A stretch of DNA of 46,148 bases from an uncultured archaeon (GCA_964493715.1 CAZBPC010000020.1:1-46148); one strand, 5' to 3'. Shown: positions 1-9,451, counted from the stretch's first letter. Program-made: numbers and translations. Notes: generated from the letters alone by a model not told the origin.

Positions 1-36
1 TTTTATAGATATTCAAAACCATCAATAAAGAGGTGA
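1..36 (+). CDS. 3' end of upstream gene, probably [NiFe]-hydrogenase small subunit (partial)
   Basis: Frame 1 reads FYRYSKPSIKR-stop. Its TGA (34-36) overlaps the GTG start of the large subunit (GTGA coupling). FYR resembles the C-terminus of MvhG-type small subunits. Confidence 0.5.
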   Translation, partial: FYRYSKPSIKR

Positions 37-1337
37 CTAAATTACAGAAAATTGTTGAGCCTTGCAAGAGGGTTGACGGTAATGGGAACATAAAAATATT
101 ACTAAAGGGAGAAGAGATTAATCATGTTGAATTTGAAATCCCTGAAGTCAGAGGATTTGAGAATATCTTAAACAATAAAAAAGTTTATGATATCCCTAGA
201 ATAGTATCACGAATATGTGGACTTTGCCATGCATCTCAAACAATTGTAAGCAACAAAGCTATTGAAGACATTTATGGCATTAATCCGCCTTCTCAATCAA
301 TAATTTTAAGAAGAATTTTATTAATTGGAGAATTGATCAAATCTCATATTATGCATTATTTTTTCCAATCTTTCCCAGACCTTTTGAAGATAATCAAATT
401 TCAAGAAATATCTAATCCTTATGAATTGATGCAATTTGATCCTCAATTAACTTCTAATGTATTTGATTTAATCAAATTAGGATCGGAAATAGATAGAGTC
501 TTTGGTGGTCGATATGTACATTTAATCAATTGCATTTCTGGGGGTGTTATATATACCCCTTCACAAATCAACATCAATCTAATAAGAAAATTACTGCAAA
601 AAGGATCTAATCACGCAAAATATTTGATTGAAAATTTTATTAAACTTTTTTCAAACAAAAATCCACCTAGTTCATTCGATCTTCCAAAGATAAATTATTT
701 AGGCCTTTCAAATAAGGGATCATATGATAGATATAAGGGGAATGTAATTATCAAAAATAATGAAAATCAATTTAATTTTAGTGAAAAAGATTATCAAAAA
801 TATTTTAATAAAGATATTGGAGTATTTGGAATTTCATTCCATCAAAACAATAATATAGAATTAATAACAGGTCCGATTGCGAGAGAAAAAATAAATGGAA
901 TTTCAGCTTCAGAAAAGTTTGCCAATTACTTTAATAAGATTAATGAAAATTGGAAAGAATCAATATTATATCAGAATTTTCTGGAATTAATCGAAATAAA
1001 TGATGAAATCCACCAATGTCTTAAATTATTAGATGAGAATTCTTTAAATGAGCGCTTTGAATTACCTAATCTCGGAGAAATTCAAAAATTAGAAGGAATT
1101 GGAATACTTGAAGCTCCACGTGGGTTATTGATGCATCATTACAAAATTGATCATAACGAGTCAGTTATTCAAGCAAAATTATTTATCGCTACTGAAATCA
1201 ACATACCTCTAATAAATTTCATGACGTTAAAATATGCCCGTGATTTACATAAAAATGAAGCAATTGATAAAGTTAAGAAAAAAATAATGCAAATGATAAG
1301 AGCGTTTGATCCTTGCATCTCATGTGCAAGCCATTAG
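33..1337 (+). CDS. [NiFe]-hydrogenase large subunit, group 3 (3b/3c-like), divergent
   Basis: L1 motif RICGLC, GGRxxH, EAPRG-x-L-x-H and L2 motif FDPCISCASH. The 434-aa size is typical of group 3. Confidence 0.9.
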   Translation: MTKLQKIVEPCKRVDGNGNIKILLKGEEINHVEFEIPEVRGFENILNNKKVYDIPRIVSRICGLCHASQTIVSNKAIEDIYGINPPSQSIILRRILLIGELIKSHIMHYFFQSFPDLLKIIKFQEISNPYELMQFDPQLTSNVFDLIKLGSEIDRVFGGRYVHLINCISGGVIYTPSQININLIRKLLQKGSNHAKYLIENFIKLFSNKNPPSSFDLPKINYLGLSNKGSYDRYKGNVIIKNNENQFNFSEKDYQKYFNKDIGVFGISFHQNNNIELITGPIAREKINGISASEKFANYFNKINENWKESILYQNFLELIEINDEIHQCLKLLDENSLNERFELPNLGEIQKLEGIGILEAPRGLLMHHYKIDHNESVIQAKLFIATEINIPLINFMTLKYARDLHKNEAIDKVKKKIMQMIRAFDPCISCASH

Positions 1338-1360
1338 CATCAGTTTTACATTTTAATATT

Positions 1361-1368
1361 AAAGGAGG
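1361..1368 (+). promoter_or_regulatory. Shine-Dalgarno-like site AAAGGAGG
   Basis: Strong SD match 8 nt before an in-frame ATT at 1377. Confidence 0.55.
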
Positions 1369-1376
1369 AAAAGCTC

Positions 1377-2420
1377 ATTAATCTTTTTGAAGATAAAAAA
1401 AAAATCATCATCGATATAAAAAAGAAAATCCAAGAAGAAGAATTTTCTTTAGGGAATCTATGTGAGATTTATCTATTTGCCATTGATGAGCTTCTTGGTC
1501 GAATACTTCTTTTGATTTATCCAGATGATTCAATTAAGGAAGATCCTGAAAAAATCCGAATAATTAATATTCATCCTATATGGTATATTGAGGTTAGTGA
1601 ATTTAATGGCTTAGATCCTCTCATGTTTGAGTGTGGTGAGAGAATCTGTTATGGTTATAAGTTTTCATTTAAAAAAGTGAAAAATATAAAAATTGAAGAA
1701 ATCATTATCATTCTCTCATTACCCTTAGAGTTAGAGATTTTAGGCTGCGAACTTTTAAAAAAAATTGTTAATTGTATCATTAATTCATTTAAAGATAAAT
1801 TATTCATGATTATTGATTCGGAAATTACTAAATTTGAAATCGTGAAAACTCAAGATATGATAGAAATAATTAGAAAAGGCGATCAGTTAAAGGAGATACT
1901 CCTAAATAAGTTAAAAGATATCTGCACGGATTATTTTTCCTACATTATTAAAATACTTGATAGTACGAAAATTGACTCACAGAAAGCTTTATCACTTTTA
2001 ATGTTAAAAGGAATAAACCTATCAGATTCCTTTCTAAAAAGAAATGATGAAGATATTGAATTATTTAAAATTAGCAGAATAATTCGCTCTGAAGAAGAAA
2101 TTGAAGAATATTTTTCAATACAATCTATAAATCAATATTATAGTGAATTTGAAATCTTAATTCAAAACATATCTAAAAACGAACTGAATGATATTAACAT
2201 CAAGATTATTTACATAATGAATTTTAGTGAAAAAGAAATTTTTAATTTGGATCTTGAGTATTGGCTTTCTGAAGAAATATTAGTATTTATTACTCCTATT
2301 GAACCTTTAATTAATGATTTTTTTATCTTTATTACAGATAATACCCGTAAACAAATATTATTCTCAAGGAAAATCACTCTTTTAAAAGAACTACAAGATA
2401 TGCCAACAATAGACTGCTAA
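1377..2420 (+). CDS. Hypothetical protein with possible uDENN/longin-like N-terminus (start proposed at ATT 1377; ORF track starts at TTG 1512)
   Basis: The frame is open from 1338 to 2420. The extension adds LFAIDELLGRILLLIYP, resembling the FDxxxGP-x4-YP start of uDENN/longin domains. Confidence 0.55.
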   Translation: MNLFEDKKKIIIDIKKKIQEEEFSLGNLCEIYLFAIDELLGRILLLIYPDDSIKEDPEKIRIINIHPIWYIEVSEFNGLDPLMFECGERICYGYKFSFKKVKNIKIEEIIIILSLPLELEILGCELLKKIVNCIINSFKDKLFMIIDSEITKFEIVKTQDMIEIIRKGDQLKEILLNKLKDICTDYFSYIIKILDSTKIDSQKALSLLMLKGINLSDSFLKRNDEDIELFKISRIIRSEEEIEEYFSIQSINQYYSEFEILIQNISKNELNDINIKIIYIMNFSEKEIFNLDLEYWLSEEILVFITPIEPLINDFFIFITDNTRKQILFSRKITLLKELQDMPTIDC

Positions 2421-2431
2421 AGATTGAACTT

Positions 2432-2992
2432 TTATTTTCTTAAATTTAACCAATCTTCCTTTAATATTGAATAAACATAAGTATCTTCATATTTCCCATT
2501 GATATATGCGTCCTTTTTTAATACTGCTTCACGAGTTAATCCATTTTTTTCAGCACATTTCCATGAAGCAACATTTGGAGTAAAAATGTAACCATATAAC
2601 TTATGAAAGTTTAATTCCTTAAATCCGTAATCAATCAACAAGGAAGTAGCCTCAGTTGCATAGGATTGTCCCCAATACTCTAGCTCCCCAATTTGTAGTC
2701 CCATTACACATATGCGATCAAACCACCTGATATTGTGATATTCACAATTTCCAATAGCTTTATTATCAGTATTATGCCAGATCTCCATAATTATTTCTTT
2801 TTTAACGCCTTCACCTTTTGGTTCAAAAAACTGTTTAAATATTTCAACCGTTTTAGGCTCAGCATTTCGAGCATAAACCCGCACACGATTATCGTTTTCC
2901 CATGCTGCGTATTGCTCTACGTGATTACTATTTAAAGGAACTAACGAAATATTTTCTCCTTTTATGAAAATTATTGGTTTTTCTTCAGTCAT
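2432..2992 (-). CDS. GNAT N-acetyltransferase, RimJ/RimL family (array copy 7)
   Basis: IGELEYWGQSYATEA acetyl-CoA motif A, YGFKELNFHK, NVASWKCAEKNG, NGKYED. Confidence 0.92.
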   Translation of the reverse strand: MTEEKPIIFIKGENISLVPLNSNHVEQYAAWENDNRVRVYARNAEPKTVEIFKQFFEPKGEGVKKEIIMEIWHNTDNKAIGNCEYHNIRWFDRICVMGLQIGELEYWGQSYATEATSLLIDYGFKELNFHKLYGYIFTPNVASWKCAEKNGLTREAVLKKDAYINGKYEDTYVYSILKEDWLNLRK

Positions 2993-3045
2993 TTTTGTTC
3001 TTCTCCTAATTATTTACAATTTTATTTATTAAATTCTATTAATTA

Positions 3046-3594
3046 CTATTTTTTTAGCCATTCTTCACGTAGAAGAGAATAGAGATATGTATCTTTATAT
3101 TCTCCATCAATAAACACATCGTTTTTAAGTATTGCTTCTCGTGTGAAACCGTTATTCTCAGCACAACGAATGGATCCCGTGTTTGGTGAAATAATCTCAC
3201 AGTATAACTTGTTAATATTTAATTCATTGAAAGCATAATTCACTAATAATTGTGTGGCTTCTGAACCAATATGTTGACCCCAATAATCTGGTTCTCCGAT
3301 TATTAAACCCATCTTAGCACTTCTATTGAACCAATTAATATTAAATACTCCTGCGTCTCCAATTGCTTTTTGGTCTTTCTTATGCCAAAGTTCGAAATCA
3401 ACCGAATCGGGCATTTCTCTTGTTGAAGACTCAAATAATCTTTTAATTTCCTCAACTGTTTTGGGTAGCACACTTCTCCCAAAAACCCTTACATTAGGAC
3501 GGTTGCGCCAAATCGCATATAATTTAACATGTTCACTGTTAAGTGGTAAAAATGCGATTTCATTTCCGTCAATAAATGGTGATACATCAGTCAT
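3046..3594 (-). CDS. GNAT N-acetyltransferase, RimJ/RimL family (copy 6)
   Basis: IGEPDYWGQHIGSEA, YAFNELNINK, NTGSIRCAENNGF. Confidence 0.92.
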   Translation of the reverse strand: MTDVSPFIDGNEIAFLPLNSEHVKLYAIWRNRPNVRVFGRSVLPKTVEEIKRLFESSTREMPDSVDFELWHKKDQKAIGDAGVFNINWFNRSAKMGLIIGEPDYWGQHIGSEATQLLVNYAFNELNINKLYCEIISPNTGSIRCAENNGFTREAILKNDVFIDGEYKDTYLYSLLREEWLKK

Positions 3595-3631
3595 CTAAAT
3601 TACCTCGATAAAATATAAAAATTCCCTAAAT

Positions 3632-4228
3632 TCAGGGAAGGTTTTTGAGCCAATCTTTTTTCAACATTCGATATTCACGAGAGTCATGATACTTCCCATC
3701 AACGAAGATTACTTTCTTTTTAATCCCTTCAAGGATAAATCCATCCTTTTCAGCCACGGTCCATGAACCAATATTTGGTTCGAAAATACCAGCATAGATT
3801 TTATGAAAGTTGAGGTCTTTAAATCCATAATCAATTAGCAAACGGGATGCTTCAGTGCCCAAGTTTTGATTCCAATATTCAGGTACGCCTATACTCATAA
3901 AAATATTTGCATCCCTGTCAATCCAATTAATACGACCAAAACCACAAGTCCCAATTGGAACTTTATCTTTTTTGTGCCAGATTTCAAAAGTCACATAATT
4001 TGATAAACTTCTACTCTCACTTGGTTCATACCACTTTGTTATGTCTTCAACAGTGTGGGGTTGATTATTGCGAGCGTAAATTCTGGCTTTAGAATCATTT
4101 ATCCATTTTGCATATAATTTAACATGATCCAAATTTGTTGGGCATAAATCTATGGTTTCTCCTTCAATAAAGGGATAAGCAACATATTCCTTTGGTTTTG
4201 TTTCTTCACTACTCAATTTTTCTTTCAC
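3632..4228 (-). CDS. GNAT N-acetyltransferase, RimJ/RimL family (copy 5)
   Basis: IGVPEYWNQNLGTEA, YGFKDLNFHK, NIGSWTVAEKDGF. Confidence 0.92.
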   Translation of the reverse strand: MKEKLSSEETKPKEYVAYPFIEGETIDLCPTNLDHVKLYAKWINDSKARIYARNNQPHTVEDITKWYEPSESRSLSNYVTFEIWHKKDKVPIGTCGFGRINWIDRDANIFMSIGVPEYWNQNLGTEASRLLIDYGFKDLNFHKIYAGIFEPNIGSWTVAEKDGFILEGIKKKVIFVDGKYHDSREYRMLKKDWLKNLP

Positions 4229-4235
4229 TTCCTAA

Positions 4236-4817
4236 TTATAATAATTCTTTTCTCTTTTCTTTCCATTCATCATAAAAAATGCAATATTCGTATGCATCTA
4301 CATATTTACCGTCGACCCAAGCTGTTTCCTTATAAACTATTTCACGATGCATGCCTAACTTCTCAGCTACTTTCCAAGAACCCACATTAATTTCATACAT
4401 TCCACATCCTATTTTGAACATGTTCAATTCATTAAAGCCATAATCCATAACTAGAGCTGCTGCTTCTGTTCCCAAATCCTTGCTCCGGTATTCTGGTTCT
4501 CCAATCACCATCCCAATATCTGCGTTTCTATCTGACCAATTAATGTGATTAAATCCAACATATCCAATGATTTTTTTATCTGCTTTATGACAGATTTCAA
4601 AATTTAACTCCCTAGGTGTTCCTGATTTTACTTCTTCAATCCATTTTTTATAGGCTTCTGGTAAAATTGGAAAAACATTCCGCGCATAGTGTCTTGTTTC
4701 TTGATCGTTATCCCATTTAGCATATAAATTTAAATGCTCAAGATTATTTCCAGGTAAAAGATCTAAATTCTTTCCACTGATAAAAGTTCTAATATCTTCA
4801 TGTTCCATCTGCTTCAC
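4236..4817 (-). CDS. GNAT N-acetyltransferase, RimJ/RimL family (copy 4)
   Basis: IGEPEYRSKDLGTEA, YGFNELNMFK, NVGSWKVAEKLG. Confidence 0.92.
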   Translation of the reverse strand: MKQMEHEDIRTFISGKNLDLLPGNNLEHLNLYAKWDNDQETRHYARNVFPILPEAYKKWIEEVKSGTPRELNFEICHKADKKIIGYVGFNHINWSDRNADIGMVIGEPEYRSKDLGTEAAALVMDYGFNELNMFKIGCGMYEINVGSWKVAEKLGMHREIVYKETAWVDGKYVDAYEYCIFYDEWKEKRKELL

Positions 4818-5404
4818 ATCTCCTTATCTGTTTTTAATTTTAGCCAATCTTTTTTGAACACAGCAAATTTATAATTATCCACGTGCACACCATCAATATA
4901 TACTTCTTCTCTTAAAATTGCTTCTTGTACCAATCCTATCTTTGTAGCTGCCTTTAAAGAACGCTCATTTGGAGAAAAAATGCTAGTATAAATCTTATGC
5001 AAATTTAATTCTTCAAATGCATAAGTAATCAACAATTTACTTGCTTCAACTCCAATTCCTTTTCCCCAATATTCAGGTTCTCCGATTACTGCGAAAATGT
5101 TGGCATTTCGATCTAACCAGTGTATATCATTTAATCCAACCATTCCAATAGTTTTCTCATCATTTTTATGATAAATCAGAAAATCCACATCAGTTTTCAC
5201 CTCTTCATTTTCCGGCTCGAACCATTTTTTTACTTCTTCGATAGTTCTTGGGAGAGGATTCCTAGTATAAATTCGAACATCTGGATTATTCATCCAAACA
5301 ACAACGAGATTGATGTCTTTTTGTAGCAAAGGAGTCAAGTTAATCCGGTCTCCTTTGATGAAATTCATTATTGGTGTTTCTTCTTTTTCTTCCATTTTAA
5401 TCAC
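4814..5404 (-). CDS. GNAT N-acetyltransferase, RimJ/RimL family (copy 3)
   Basis: IGEPEYWGKGIGVEA, YAFEELNLHK, NERSLKAATKIG. Confidence 0.92.
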   Translation of the reverse strand: MIKMEEKEETPIMNFIKGDRINLTPLLQKDINLVVVWMNNPDVRIYTRNPLPRTIEEVKKWFEPENEEVKTDVDFLIYHKNDEKTIGMVGLNDIHWLDRNANIFAVIGEPEYWGKGIGVEASKLLITYAFEELNLHKIYTSIFSPNERSLKAATKIGLVQEAILREEVYIDGVHVDNYKFAVFKKDWLKLKTDKEM

Positions 5405-5411
5405 AATTTCA

Positions 5412-5996
5412 CTAATTTATTTTACTTTTTTTATCTTTATTACACATGTTTATCCAATCGTCTTGAAACATACAATAACAATAATCATTAACGTATTCAC
5501 CATCTATGAATCCATTATTTTTTAGGGTGGCTTCCCTTTCCATGCCCAATTTTTCGCATACTTTCCATGAACCGATATTTGGACTATAAATCATAGTGTT
5601 TATTTTAAACATGTTGAGTTCACCAAAACCATATTTTAATAATAACTTTCCAGCTTCAGTTGCTATTCCTTTGCCCCAATATTGAAAATCTCCAATAATA
5701 ACTGCTATATTGGCTCTTCTATATGAATATCGAATGTTACTTAGTTCTGCTAACCCGATAGCTTTATTATCTCCTCTATGAAAAATTTCAAACTGGACTT
5801 TATCTTCAATAGTCCTTCCCTTGGGTTCAAATAATTTTTTAAACATCTCTATCGTAATAGGAAACTCATTTCGTGCATATCTTCTAACATTTGGCTGATT
5901 CTGCCATTTTACATATAATTTTATATGATCTGAATTAAGAGGGACTAAATTTATTTTATCTCCTTCAATAAACGAGGGATCATTAACTTTACTCAT
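5412..5996 (-). CDS. GNAT N-acetyltransferase, RimJ/RimL family (copy 2)
   Basis: IGDFQYWGKGIATEA, YGFGELNMFK, NIGSWKVCEKLG. Confidence 0.92.
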   Translation of the reverse strand: MSKVNDPSFIEGDKINLVPLNSDHIKLYVKWQNQPNVRRYARNEFPITIEMFKKLFEPKGRTIEDKVQFEIFHRGDNKAIGLAELSNIRYSYRRANIAVIIGDFQYWGKGIATEAGKLLLKYGFGELNMFKINTMIYSPNIGSWKVCEKLGMEREATLKNNGFIDGEYVNDYCYCMFQDDWINMCNKDKKSKIN

Positions 5997-6595
5997 GATT
6001 TTTCCACCTTACTATTTTTTTCAGCTTTATGTCTAAACCAATCGCTCTTTAGATATCCATACCGTTTTTCATCCCGATATTTACCATCAATATACTTCTC
6101 TTCTTTTAAAGTACCTTCATATTGAAATCCAATTTTTTCCGCAACAGTCCACGAACCTATATTATCTACTACAACTGATCCACTTACTTTATTTAGATTA
6201 AGTTCTTCGAAAGCATACTTTAATAGGAGTTGCGTGGCTTCTGTAGCTATATTTTTATTCCAATATTCCATCTCACCAATATTTGCATAAGCATTTGCCC
6301 ATCCGTTAATCCAATTAATTCGACTTAATCCTACTTCACCAATTGGTTTTTTATCTTTTACATGATAAAGAATAAAACCCACCCAATCTCCTAATCCGTC
6401 TGATGTTCGAGATTCAAACCTTTTTTTCATCTGATCAATTGAGCTTGGAAGAGGCCCCCGCAAAAACATCCTGTTATTTGGGTTGTTAACCCATTTGCAT
6501 CTTAATTCAATCCATTCAGATCTATTGACAACTAAATTGATATTCTCTCCTTTGATAAAAGGTAATGGTTCAATTTCTTGCTTTTTTGTTGACAT
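5993..6595 (-). CDS. GNAT N-acetyltransferase, RimJ/RimL family (copy 1)
   Basis: IGEMEYWNKNIATEA, YAFEELNLNK, NIGSWTVAEKIGF. Confidence 0.92.
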   Translation of the reverse strand: MSTKKQEIEPLPFIKGENINLVVNRSEWIELRCKWVNNPNNRMFLRGPLPSSIDQMKKRFESRTSDGLGDWVGFILYHVKDKKPIGEVGLSRINWINGWANAYANIGEMEYWNKNIATEATQLLLKYAFEELNLNKVSGSVVVDNIGSWTVAEKIGFQYEGTLKEEKYIDGKYRDEKRYGYLKSDWFRHKAEKNSKVEKS

Positions 6596-6705
6596 GATTA
6601 AAATATTTTTACATATAATTTCTATTTCAAATTCAATAAATTAAGTGAAGAATTAGATTAAAATTTTTCCGTTGCTTTTTAAGTATTCGATATCAAGTAT
6701 TTTCA

Positions 6706-7899
6706 TCATAAATATTCATTTTTTGCTCTGGAGAATATAGTAAATAGAATGATTGCTATTCCAACTATAATAAATACATAGAAAATGTTCAGAGACCCAA
6801 TTAAACCAACCATTAGATTTAATACAGCCATAAAAAGACTCGCAAACATATTAATCGTACTGAGAACTGTAGCTCGTTCGTCTGCTTCAATTTGCCTATT
6901 GATACCATTAATATAAATTAAAAATCGGGGATATCCAAAAGCAACTACAACTAGAATTAAGATAATCCCAAGATACAAGTTAGTTGTAAACCCCATTAAT
7001 AGAAATGCGATTCCATTTGTCAAATCAACTAGTATTAAAAATTTTAACTTATTTTTCACTTTTAATGTGATTTTGGGGATAATTATAGAGAATAATGCGT
7101 TTATAATATTCATTGCGGCTGTAATAAACCCCCAATATACTAATGGAAGACCAAGAATTTTTAGAAAGGGTTGGTATGTCCAAAATAACAGAAATATCAA
7201 AACATTAATAAAAAGTCTATCAAAACATAAAATCGAGAGGATTTTATTTCTCTTCAATTCTAGAAACCCTTGCTTAATAATCTTCATATAGGATTTAGAT
7301 TCAGTTTCGTGCTTCTTAAATGGAGGTTCCTTAAAGGTAAGAACAGTTATAAAACATCCAATATAAATAAAACCAAGAAAAGTCATGGTAAATTGTAAGG
7401 AAATGAATTGTGCAATGATAGAACCAAGAGGAGCCGATATGGTTAATGCTACTAAATTCAAAGTTTGATTATACCCTTGAACTTTTGGAAGTGTATCCTC
7501 TTTTCCATAACTTTTTAATGAGCTATAGAGAAATGCTTCATCCGTTCCAGAGGATAACGCTAGACTTAAAGCCCATAACGTCTCAGCTAACACAAAGAGG
7601 ATGATATTTGGTACAATACTATACATAAAAGCTGCGCTAACAACACATACAGCGGAGAGGATTAAAGCCATTTTCCTTCCAAGATAATCTGCAATTGCAC
7701 CTGATGGGATTTCGAAGAGAAAGATAACGAACATAAAATAACTCTGTAAAGCCATTATTTCAAAAAAATTAAGTCGACCCCATTCGGTCATGTAAGCAAA
7801 ATACACTCCGCGAACTGTGTGAATCCCAAATATGAATTGGTAAATATAATATTTATAAATATTAGATTTATAGCTTTTTGCTACGCTCTCTTGAGACAT
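6706..7899 (-). CDS. MFS transporter
   Basis: About 12 hydrophobic segments and MFS motif A (EIPSGAIADYLGRK), plus SGTDEA and ERATVLS. Confidence 0.9.
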   Translation of the reverse strand: MSQESVAKSYKSNIYKYYIYQFIFGIHTVRGVYFAYMTEWGRLNFFEIMALQSYFMFVIFLFEIPSGAIADYLGRKMALILSAVCVVSAAFMYSIVPNIILFVLAETLWALSLALSSGTDEAFLYSSLKSYGKEDTLPKVQGYNQTLNLVALTISAPLGSIIAQFISLQFTMTFLGFIYIGCFITVLTFKEPPFKKHETESKSYMKIIKQGFLELKRNKILSILCFDRLFINVLIFLLFWTYQPFLKILGLPLVYWGFITAAMNIINALFSIIIPKITLKVKNKLKFLILVDLTNGIAFLLMGFTTNLYLGIILILVVVAFGYPRFLIYINGINRQIEADERATVLSTINMFASLFMAVLNLMVGLIGSLNIFYVFIIVGIAIILFTIFSRAKNEYL

Positions 7900-8051
7900 C
7901 TGAATTCTTTTTGGAAAATTATAATATTATCTTATTCTATCAATTTTCTATAATATTAATAGAAGTCTCCTTGAAGTATTTCTGAATTATCAGCTTATAT
8001 CTTTAGATTAGTTAAGTGATACATACAACATATTATATTAAAAAGAAGCAT

Positions 8052-8060
8052 AAAAAAAAA
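8052..8060 (-). terminator. Oligo-T archaeal terminator downstream of the histone gene
   Basis: A run on the + strand (T run on the coding strand) about 35 nt after the histone stop. Confidence 0.4.
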
Positions 8061-8093
8061 GAGATATCTTATTTAAAGTAATAATCGATTTTT

Positions 8094-8306
8094 CTACATT
8101 AATTTCATTGCCATGGTCATGTCCCCAACGGTGAGCTTCTTACGACCAGCGTGGCGGGTCATTTCTAAAGCCTTATTGGTTGCTCCTTTAGCAATATTTT
8201 CTAAATAGTCAACAAGCGCATCTACTGCTTCACGAGCGACCATATCAGCACCATTATCCTTCATTAATTTTCTTACGGGAGACCAAGCAAATACTTTTTT
8301 AGCCAT
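8094..8306 (-). CDS. Archaeal histone (HMf-like single histone fold)
   Basis: 70 aa with SPVRKLMK, GAxxVxxEA and HAGRKKLTVGDM (His and the Arg/Asp pair retained). GGAGG SD at 8314-8318. Confidence 0.92.
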   Translation of the reverse strand: MAKKVFAWSPVRKLMKDNGADMVAREAVDALVDYLENIAKGATNKALEMTRHAGRKKLTVGDMTMAMKLM

Positions 8307-8392
8307 TTTTATTCCTCCAATTTAGTATTTTTTATTTATTTTATAGTTATTTTTGACAAAATACGTCATTAAATTATAATACTCTATTCAAA

Positions 8393-8408
8393 TATATAAA
8401 TCTTTCTG
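8393..8408 (-). promoter_or_regulatory. Putative BRE/TATA promoter of the histone gene
   Basis: The minus strand reads ACAGAAAGA-TTTATATA: a purine-rich BRE followed by a TATA box. Confidence 0.4.
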
Positions 8409-8815
8409 TAGGTTGCTGAAACAATATGATAGTGTTAATAATATTTTCAAGATCATCATTTCGACAAAAATTTGATGTCATAGAAAAAAAGCGATAGATA
8501 TAGTTCTGAGCCTTTAGATCTGAGATCTAAATTTATTTTAAAAAATGTGCACGTAATAGCTTTATGTTTAAACATTTAGAACTAAATAATTGATTTGTTA
8601 TTTCTAAATGTAGTTAATTAATGATGACACTCTTCATCATAGAATTAGATGAGATTGAATTGAAAATTTTTAATTTTTTAAGGATATTTGGTTATAGGTG
8701 ATATACTTTCAAATGCATATAATTTTTGTTAATGATTTAATTAAAACTTATATCAATATGAATGACTATCACTATATAAAATTCATAAATTAATCTAATA
8801 ATACGAGGAGTCAAA

Positions 8816-9451
8816 TTGTCAAAGAAGATACCAGAAATCACTGAAAAAATTGAGAAATTAAAAAATGAGTTATTAATAGAAGAATGCGAAGAAGTAGAAT
8901 TTAGTAAAAAGCAAAAGATGATTTTTGAGGCTTTCGGGTGGACAATATTTGTTGGATGTATTTATTACTGGTTCTTCTTTTTTGTAATTATTCACTACTA
9001 TGAGCCATTATTATATACAACCTATTTCACATTAATATTAATCGGCATTACTTGCATATATCGATTTGAGTCACTGTTATTTAATTCGATAACTTGCATA
9101 ACCTTTTACGGATTCATTAACATAACCATTGGGTTAATTTTTACATCAACAGACACCTTTAGTTTCATAGCTGGTCCAATATTACATGCATTCATAGCAA
9201 CAGTACAATTATTTATCATTTTCAACAAGAAAATTCCAATTCATGAGGGTTATTTATTATGGGGCCTATTGTTTTATTTTATTTTCACAAGTAGTTATGA
9301 TAGTTTTCAAAGATGGAATGTAATAACAGGATTAGAAACCATTCTTTCTAATGAATTCACAAAATCTTATGCTTTCTATGCATTATGGCTTTCTGGCTTG
9401 TTTATTCATTTCTATAAGAAAAGGCAAGGACTGTTACGTGGAGTAAAGTAA
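8816..9451 (+). CDS. Hypothetical integral membrane protein
   Basis: Charged N-terminus followed by about 6 hydrophobic segments. GAGGAG SD upstream of the TTG start. Confidence 0.75.
   Translation: MSKKIPEITEKIEKLKNELLIEECEEVEFSKKQKMIFEAFGWTIFVGCIYYWFFFFVIIHYYEPLLYTTYFTLILIGITCIYRFESLLFNSITCITFYGFINITIGLIFTSTDTFSFIAGPILHAFIATVQLFIIFNKKIPIHEGYLLWGLLFYFIFTSSYDSFQRWNVITGLETILSNEFTKSYAFYALWLSGLFIHFYKKRQGLLRGVK

Noticed and set aside
2432-6595. GNAT array as an integron cassette array or DNA repeat
   Set aside because: Spacers are too short or overlapping for attC sites, no integrase is present, and similarity is mainly at the protein level.
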